From Malacoraja senta (lineage: Eukaryota): a DNA stretch of 64,000 nt. Location of the stretch: assembly GCA_038087875.1 (NCBI GenBank), contig CM075998.1:2852001-2916000 (forward strand), written 5' to 3'. A program made the position numbers and the translations under genes. Within the stretch, counting starts at the first letter, position 1, and every line of letters begins with the position of its first letter. Positions 51,901 to 60,900 of this stretch are shown here, piece by piece. The notes under the pieces are model-generated. The model did no database searches and had not been told where the DNA came from. It worked only from the letters and a program-made list of their open reading frames with translations.

Positions 51901-54900
51901 ATTTCAGCATAGGATTGGCTAAGGTGTACTTCAAGTTGGGATAGCCACCTCCAGCAGCCTGTTTTGCTTCAGTAAATATGCTAACCATGGGCTATTGATC
52001 ACACATGTACTTGGGCAAAATGATGGAAATAATGGCATATGCAAGATTAAAGGACTGAGAGTTTTTGGACGCCAACTTAAGGTTTGATCGGAATCACAGA
52101 ATGCTCTAACTGGTCGGGTCCCAAGTGGCAAACTGAACTATTGGACTACTCCCCAAAATGCCAGAACAAACTTATCTTCTATTTAAACTTGCCTTACAAA
52201 TACCAGACAGGGAGAAAATAAAGTTAAAAACATGGCAAAGCCGAGGTTGCAAAAAGGGAGTATCATTAAACTCACCTGAACAAGACATGATGATAGGTAA
52301 GAAATTAGCAAAGATACTTTGATGTCAGTTTGCCAGCAAACTATGCAATTTTCCAGAAACAAAAAGCACAGAACTAACATTTAATGTATTTAAGAAGGAA
52401 CTGCAGATGCTGGAAAATCAAAGGTACACAAAAATGCTGGAGAAACTCAGCGGGTGCAGCAGCATCTATGGAGCGAAGGAGATAGGCAACGTTTCGGGCC
52501 GAAACCCAAGGGTTTCTCCAGCATTTTTGTGTACTTAACATTTAATGTAATTGGAAACCAAATAGTCCATATCCCTGCCAGCCAAAATCTCCAATTTCTA
52601 GAGCTATAGTTTCTAGAGTGGCGCTGGACGAAACGGGCCCTGTGGCCCACCAAGTCCATGTCAACTATCAAACCCCTACACCAATGCTATATTACTCCAA
52701 TTGTATTCTCTCCACATTCCCATCAACTCCTCCAAGATTCGACCACTTACGAATATGCTTGGAGCAATTTACAGCAGCCAATTAAACTACCAATTGGCAC
52801 ATCTTTGGAATGTGGGAGGAAACGCATGCAGTCACAGGAAGAACATGTAAACTCCACAGAGAAAGCATCAGAGGTCAGGGTCAGTGCGAGTCGGTGGCTC
52901 CGCTCATCCCATTGGCACAACTACTGAATGGGGGTAAAGAGAATTCTAAAATATTCTCGGAACCGCCATCTTTAATATAGGAAGTGTGATTAATAAGACC
53001 AGCTTTATAACTGCCTCAAACAATTCAAGTTAGTGTCAGGCATGATCTTTCTTTAATAAATCTATGCTGACTGCAAGTGATTTAGACTCTCAGAAATTCT
53101 TCCAATAACGCATCAGATGTTCGAATAACTGTCCTAATTAAAAGAGGTGCACCTCTTTCTACAATCTTTGAACAAGAGTTTGGTTCACTGACAATGAACA
53201 GAATTTTAAAAACCCAATCAATTGTGAGCATTAAACATTTGCTAATTGGCAGAAAAGTCCTAATCAATTGATAGAGACAGAATACTACTAACAAAAACAA
53301 TTCCAGCATGAATGGCATTTAACAAAAAATAATTGGTAGATAAAATATTTAGAAAGCCAAGACTGAGACGATCACGAGATGAGAATTTTACAGTACGTTG
53401 AAGTTAGCTGTGTGTCCTATGTGCCATGTTTTAACAGATCAGCACCCAAGGAATTTCAAACAGTAATCAAGCAGAAACATAATAAATCTGTGGTGCTTAA
53501 CACAAGATGAATCGCCTGTCCCACTTCAGCAAGCAGCAAGTATCCTGAATTTGACAATCTCCGACCGGGTACAGAAATTCAAAGGCCAAGGTATCAATTC
53601 CCTTGATCTCTTTTTCTTTCCCCCCTTGAACATAGGGTAAATTGCTTGCCTGTCTTCTGCTATAAACGTTCCTTTTTTTATTGAATGTTATTAGAACTGT
53701 CAATGAATCAGTCAAGTGGTGCAAATTCCTCATTCTCCACATCCTATCAGGCTGATTTCAAACAAGAATATTGCACAATATAGGGAAACCCCCAGGCTAA
53801 CAAATGTCTTTCCAGTATATCATTCACAGTGCCATCCATAATGTTTGGGACAAAGACCCATCATTTATTTATTTGCCTCTGTACTCCACAATTTGAGATT
53901 TGTCAGATTTAACAATAGGAAAAAAAATCGCATGTGGTTAAAGTGAACATTGTCAGATTTTATTAAAGGCCATTTTTATACATTTTGGTTTCACCATGTA
54001 GAAATTACAGCTGTGTTTATACATAGTCCCCCCCCCCCCCCCCCCCATTTCAGGGCACCATAATGTTTGAGACATTTTGCTTCACAGGCGTTTGTAATTG
54101 CTCAGGTGTGTTTAAGTGCCTCCTTAATGCAGATAGAAGAGAGCTCTCAGCACCTAGTCTTTCCTCCAGTCTTTCCATCACCTTTGGAAACTTTTATTGC
54201 TGTTTATCAAAATGAGGACCAAAGTTGTGCCAATGAAAGTCAAAGAAGCCATTATGTGACTGAGAAACAAGAATAATACTGTTAGAGACATCCTATCTGC
54301 TCAAGGTCAAATAAATGCCTCAAAACACATTGGCCTGCAGTTCATTCTACAGTAAGACAATGATCCCAAACATACTGCTAAAGTAACAAAGGAGTTTTTC
54401 AAAGCTAAAAAATGGTCAATTCTTGAGTGGCTAAGTCAATCACCTGATCTGAACCCAATTGAGCATGCCTTTTATATGCTGAAGAGAAAACTGAAGGGGA
54501 CTAACCCCCAAAACAAGCATAAGCTAAAGATGGCTGCAATACAGGCCTGGCAGAGCATCACCAGAAAAGACACCCAGCAACTGGTGATGTCCATGAATCA
54601 CAGACTTCAAGCAGTCATTGCATGCAAAGGATATGCAACAAAATACTAAATATGACTACTTTCATTTACATGACATTGCTGTGTCCCAAACATTATGGTG
54701 CCCTGAAATGGGGGGGACTATGTATAAACACTGCTGTAATTTCTACATGGTGAAACCAAAATGTTTAAAAATGGCCTTAATTAAAATTTGACAATGTGCA
54801 CTTTAACCACATGTGATTTTTTTCTATTACAAATCTCAAATTGTGGAGTACAGAGGCAAAAAAAAAAAAAAAATGATGGGTCTTTGTCCCAAACATTATG

Positions 54901-57900
54901 GAGGGCACTGCATATAGCCTGGTTTGACCCTTTACAACTATTTACAAACTCATGGAATATGGAAAAAAACAACAGAAATATGTGTGTCGATGAAAATGAG
55001 TGTGTGTCTAATGCCCATGTGTGCAATAATTAATAACAGCCCAAAACATCCTCAATTACCTACAAAGTGCTTTCTTTCAAATTAATTCAAGGGAAGTGGA
55101 CACTGCTGAAGGCATCACTTGTGGCCTATTTTTAATTTTGTGACATTTCAGCCGTTTGCTCAACCATTTTAAAGATCAGTTAAGAGTCAAGCACATTGTT
55201 TTGGGATAAAGTTACGTATGGACCAGACCTTGAGGACATCGAACTATGTAGTAGCACGGTCATTAAATTACATCAAATAACTCAGAGGCATGGACAAACA
55301 ATCCAGAGACCAGAATTTAAATCCTAGCATGGAACTTGTGGAATTTAAAATCAATTGAAGGTGTAATTCATTTTATTTTTTTAATATAAGAGGGACCAGG
55401 GGGAGGGGAGAGAAGCAATACAGTAAGTCTTAATAATATGAATATACTAGATTGTGGCAAAAAAGCATCTGATCCAATAATGTCCTTTAAGGGAGGAAAT
55501 CTGGTGATATAAAAGCTAAAAATATTGGAAACATTCAGCTGGTCAGGCAGCATGTGGGGAAAGAAAAACAGTTAATGCTTCAGGTCAAAGACTGTTGTCA
55601 TCCAGACATGACTATATATGTTATCAGACCCATCAGGGTGGTTGACTCTTAAATTGCTTCGTAAGCCACTATGTTCAAACAATGAAGAAGGGTTTCGGCC
55701 CGCAACGTTGCCTATTTCCTTCGCTCCATAGATGCTGCTGCACCCGCTGAGTTTCTCCAGCATTTTTGTGTATGTTCAAACAATAAATGCTTGCCTTACC
55801 ATTGATGCCTAGATCGTGAAGAATGAATAAATGAAGAACAAGATCTGCTTAACATGTCATTATAGAAAGAAATACCGAACTGACACTAGCCTTTTAGCCA
55901 AAGTAGTCGATACGTAGCGTCAACACTAATCCTCAATTAATTAATCCTATTCTATATTCTCTCCACATTCTCAACAACTCCACCCCCACCCCACCATTGC
56001 ACACCTCACCTACACACTTGGGTCAAATTAACCTCCCAACCACGCATCTTGTGGGAGGAATAGAGCTCCCTACCTATCCTGCCTATGGACTGTGTGGGCG
56101 ATCTTAGGAATAGTATCTTGAGAGCCTAAAACAGAGATCCGGCACAATCATCGACATGTTAACAGGAAATGTCTTACACTACATCTGCCACTTGTGACAT
56201 CCTGCACATTTGAGGTTTAGTACAGTGCATTTATTTTTGAACAAACTACACACATAATCTGTCTACTCCCTCGCAACCGGAGCAAACTCATTCTCAAGTC
56301 CACAATGCTCACACTTTGTCTCGCGTCTGACAGTCCTGCTAACATGATAGTGCCCTAAATATTGCATTATGTTACGGCTCCCTGGAGATGCATTTCAGAA
56401 ATGATGAATAATCTCAATGCGGCTGCAAATTCCTGCAGGAAGTTCCAATGCGCATGCAGTCTTCAGCAATCCATAATCATCGAGAGATGTCTAGAAATGG
56501 ATTATCGTTCAGAAGCCTGTAAGCAAATCTGGGATGCAAACAAAGAACTGCAATTATGAATGGCTTTTTCATAGCTGCTCTATTGAGGGATGGGAGATCT
56601 CAAAGGATCCTGCTTTTTTTCCTATGCATCCCTGCAAAACTATTCATTTTCTGTCAGCTTCTAGTTTTAATCAAATTTCCATATGTCCTACATCTGCCTC
56701 ATTAATGAGAAGTTATATCCATCATAATATTAAAGGAAGTCATATTAAATGCAGGTACCAGTTTGTGGACCAATAAATTGAAAGCCATGGATTTGATATT
56801 GAGACCAGGGTTAATGATGTGCCCTCTAATCAGGTTTAGCAGACAAAAGGTTGCTTGGCCATGAAGTAGTTCCCGAAACTCATGAACATTTAAGATAACT
56901 GCTGCATGTTTAAGGAGCAAGCATCAATACCACGATCCACAAAGTCTGCAAATGAGAATGGTCGACTGGAAATGTGATTAGCCTGATGTTGGAATCGGGG
57001 CAGATGTCCTCCCCCATTCATGAAACCTCTGAGTTAATTTTGGTTTGTTGCATTATCACGGGCACTGCGAAGGATGCAACCAACACGAGTCAGTTTGAAA
57101 TCAGTATGAAGAGCATAAAGGTTCAAAGTTATTGCTTCACTCATGTGTTTATCATCGATTTCGGACCACTTTTTTCCCCATAATCACAGTCAAAGAAGCA
57201 CTGATGTTGCTATATCATCTAAAGAACAAGAACAATGCCATTAACCCAGTGGCAGCATTGCTGCCTGAAACTCACAGGTCAAGCTTCAGCCTACACTCCT
57301 GATAGCACCAGTTCAGGTTAACATCTTACACGATACCCAATATCAGAGGGAAACACCAGCCCATCATCACAAGTTACTGAAATCCCCCAAAAAACTCCCA
57401 ATGTATATGACCAGCTGAGGCAAATGCACATTCCATAGATGAACCTTTTTTGAAAAGCATCAAATTTTCAACTTTTTCACTCCAAAAGAAAACTAAAGAA
57501 CATGTCGTCTTCTCCAAACAGCAGCTGAAAGGGACAACATTGTGTTTTGACTCTGTGCTAGCCCATTGAACTTTTATAAAACATGCTATAAATAACCTGA
57601 ACAAACTAGAACAAAAATGTTTAACACTCTCTCGTCAAACCTAGACCTGAGGAGACGCCTGTCAACATTTTTGTAGACTAGCACGTGATATGAAGAGGAC
57701 AGAATATACAATTGGGAAAGACGGAAGCGGTACGATGAAACAGTTCCGAGAAGTACACATGTTGCAAGGGCAATCATTCAAAGCATCACCTTTCTGCAAC
57801 ATCACGGTAACTTTTTTTGTGAGCAAACATGACACATGGTTTCCTGAGAGCATACAAAAATAGGCAATTCTCCTATAGTATGTGGAGGAGGAGGAAGAAT

Positions 57901-60900
57901 GAAAAATGAACTGGACTGAACCAAATGAATTACTACGATTGATCTGCAATGAATCCAGAATACACACAAGCTCCACTTGTGTATTCAGTTAGTCGTAGTC
58001 ATTCCAGAAGGAGAGCTCTGATAAGATGCTAATGTGTGTATTTTCTTACATTTTGCAGGTTTTCTTTTTAAATCTGTTGCCTCCATTTGTTAATGGTAAT
58101 TTCTTCAAATTATTCAATGCGAACATTTTCATTCACACAATAATGTGAAATGTGATTAAATAGCATTGCCAAGCACAAATGAATTTTGAATAGTTGGAGG
58201 TTAACAAAACAGGTTTTAAAAAGGAACACAAAAGCCCATCCTAACCTACTTTCTGCACAACAGCAATTGAAATTAAACAAGTAAACAGAGTCACTTGCTT
58301 TTACATAGCGCATTATCGTGTCTCTCAGAAATGTCTCAAAGCACTTCACGTACATTACTTTGAAGCACAGTGATGGTAATTGCAACAGCATTTTGCGCAC
58401 CACAAGATCCCTTAAACAGCTTTGAGATCTATGATAGGTTACATTCTACTTTTGGTGCTGATTCCTGGGGGAATATTAGCCAAGATACAGTGACATGGGA
58501 TTTTTACTGACCACCTGAACAAGGAATCATGAAGACCAGAGCTTGACATTTCTATTACTAATTCAGTGCAGCCGCCATTAACGGCCAACCAGAAAGAAGC
58601 CGACATTATTTGTAAGCTTGCTCATTACCTACTGTACCTGTATCTGGGAAGAAAGCATTGGCTAACTGTTGCTGTTGTTGCATCACAACTTGTTGCGTCT
58701 GCTGCATGATGCCCATTTGCGATACAGCCAACTGCTGAGTTGGCAATAACTGCGGTGAGGTCAAATGTTGACTCTGCTGTGAGGCCACTATCTGCTGTGT
58801 TGGATGTTGCCCTGTTGCCACATGCTGCTGCTGTTGGGACATGGCTACATGTGGTGAGGCTCCAAGGCGTTGCTGTGATGCTGTCAATTGTTGCTGCTGT
58901 GAAGATGCAAGGGATCTTGGGATCCCCAACTGATGATGCTGTATCACCCCTAGGATATGTGGCTGTGGCAGGTTTAAATTCTGAGGTGGCCCCTCAAGAT
59001 GCTGCGACTGCTGTGTTGTTGGAAGATGTTGGGAGAGCCCTGGATGAGTCGGTTGATGTGAAACCTCAAGCTGTTGCTGCAGAACTGGAAGGTGGGCCTT
59101 TGGTCCTGAATGCTGCTGCTGTTGAGCAGATATACACTGTGATCCTCCCAACTGCTGCTGCTGCTGCTGCTGCTGCAGTTCCATTTTCTCTTGTTCGAGT
59201 AAATCATGGAGAAGTAGTGGAAGTTCACTTGCCTCCAAAGAGCTCTCCACTTTGACAAGGTCATCCACAGACCGCCTTTTCGGTTCCATACTGGGCACAT
59301 GTTGACACATTTCATCAAGTCCAAATTTAGCCATTGATGGCCGAGACTGGACGACCAGTGGCAACTTGGAAATGATCTGTGTTGAAGATGTGCACGGAAC
59401 ACTTTCTAAATCCACATTCGAATGCTCATTGTTAGGCATCCGTGGAGTCCCATGGCTACCTGAAACAACCGTGCCACTTTGAGTAGATGTCTGTGTTCCA
59501 CTGGTAGTACATGTAGAACTCTGACACAGTGCTACACTTGTGTTGACATTAAGTCCAGTACCCAGACTGAGTAGCATTGACACGGCTCCTCTCTCATCAT
59601 CCCCCTTCGTTGGGCTTTCCGGTTTTATCAGAACCGTCTGAGCCGCAGAAGGATTTGCAACAAACTGGCAAGCTGAATTTTGGGAAACATTCTCTTCAAC
59701 CTTCAATACTAAGTCAAGAGTGGGCTTCGGAGAATTATCAGTAGACGGGGCCCTAGTGGCTGGATCACTGCATTGACTGTTAGTGATCGTTTCCGAGTTG
59801 ACATTATTCACCGACTCACAAGTAATCCTATCAGACGTGGATAGAGTATCTGCAATATCAGATTTAGTTTTTGCTTTTTCATTCTCTTCTTCCTTCGCAG
59901 TCTTTTCTGTATCAGAGCGGCTGATATTATCAGTTGTACATTCACCAGCTGGGCCAACAGCATCCTGATCAGCTAGAATATCCTCATTTTCTTCTGCTTT
60001 CTCATTTGCAGATTCTACTAAACGCAGTTGTTCTGTAAATATGTCCTTTTTGTCACCAGTGTCGAGCTCGGGGTCAGTATAAGCTAATAGATCAAATTCC
60101 TCGCATTTCAGAAGGTCATCGAGGTGGGGATCATTGGTTTCTAGGTTATCAAGGTTACCAAGTTCATCATCGGTCTTACTGTCTGGGTCAAGACTCAAAT
60201 TGGCAAGGTCATCTTCTTCATCTAGCTCTTTTGGTGAATCAAGTTCTTCATCCAAAGCTTTTACAACTGAATCATCGCAAGAGATCTTTCGAGGATCTAA
60301 CTCAGAGTGCTGTCTGACTACACTGGAGATGGATGAGACAGAGTTAAGTGGAAAAGGTACCGTGTTATCCTTCAAGGCGTCAGTGCTGCAACTTGAAGTG
60401 GACGTTGTAGTCGATGAACTAGTCTGAAATGACTGTTGTGCTTCACCCTGTACTGTAGATGCCAATGGATCTTTTGTCTGGATGTGCTGATGGGCACTTG
60501 ATACTTCCACCGAATGAGGTGAAGATGGCAATGGAGCAGAGATATTCTGCTGGGGTAAGAGCGTTATCCCAACTGGTGACTGTGGCAAAGGTGTACTTGG
60601 ACCTCTTGATATGACCTTGCATCCCTGCATTTGATGCACAAATGAACCAATTTCTTGATTTGGTAATGGAAGGCGTGGTCTTGGCTGGGGGCCACGCTGT
60701 ACCAGCTGTGTACCAATGGGTAATCGTTGGGAATTGTGCCTCAGTTCTATATACTGAGGACTCACCGGAATTGGAGAAGCTACAATTTGTTGTTGTGCAT
60801 TTTGAAAAGTGATTTGAGTGGCAATTCTAGGGTTAAGCCCAGCTGTGCTGTTCATTTGCATTGTCATTCCAGGCCTGTTCACATGCAAAGATTCAGGTTG

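Noticed and set aside
58740-59255. 171-aa Ala/Val-rich plus-strand ORF
   Set aside because: Antisense of CAG-rich polyQ coding sequence.
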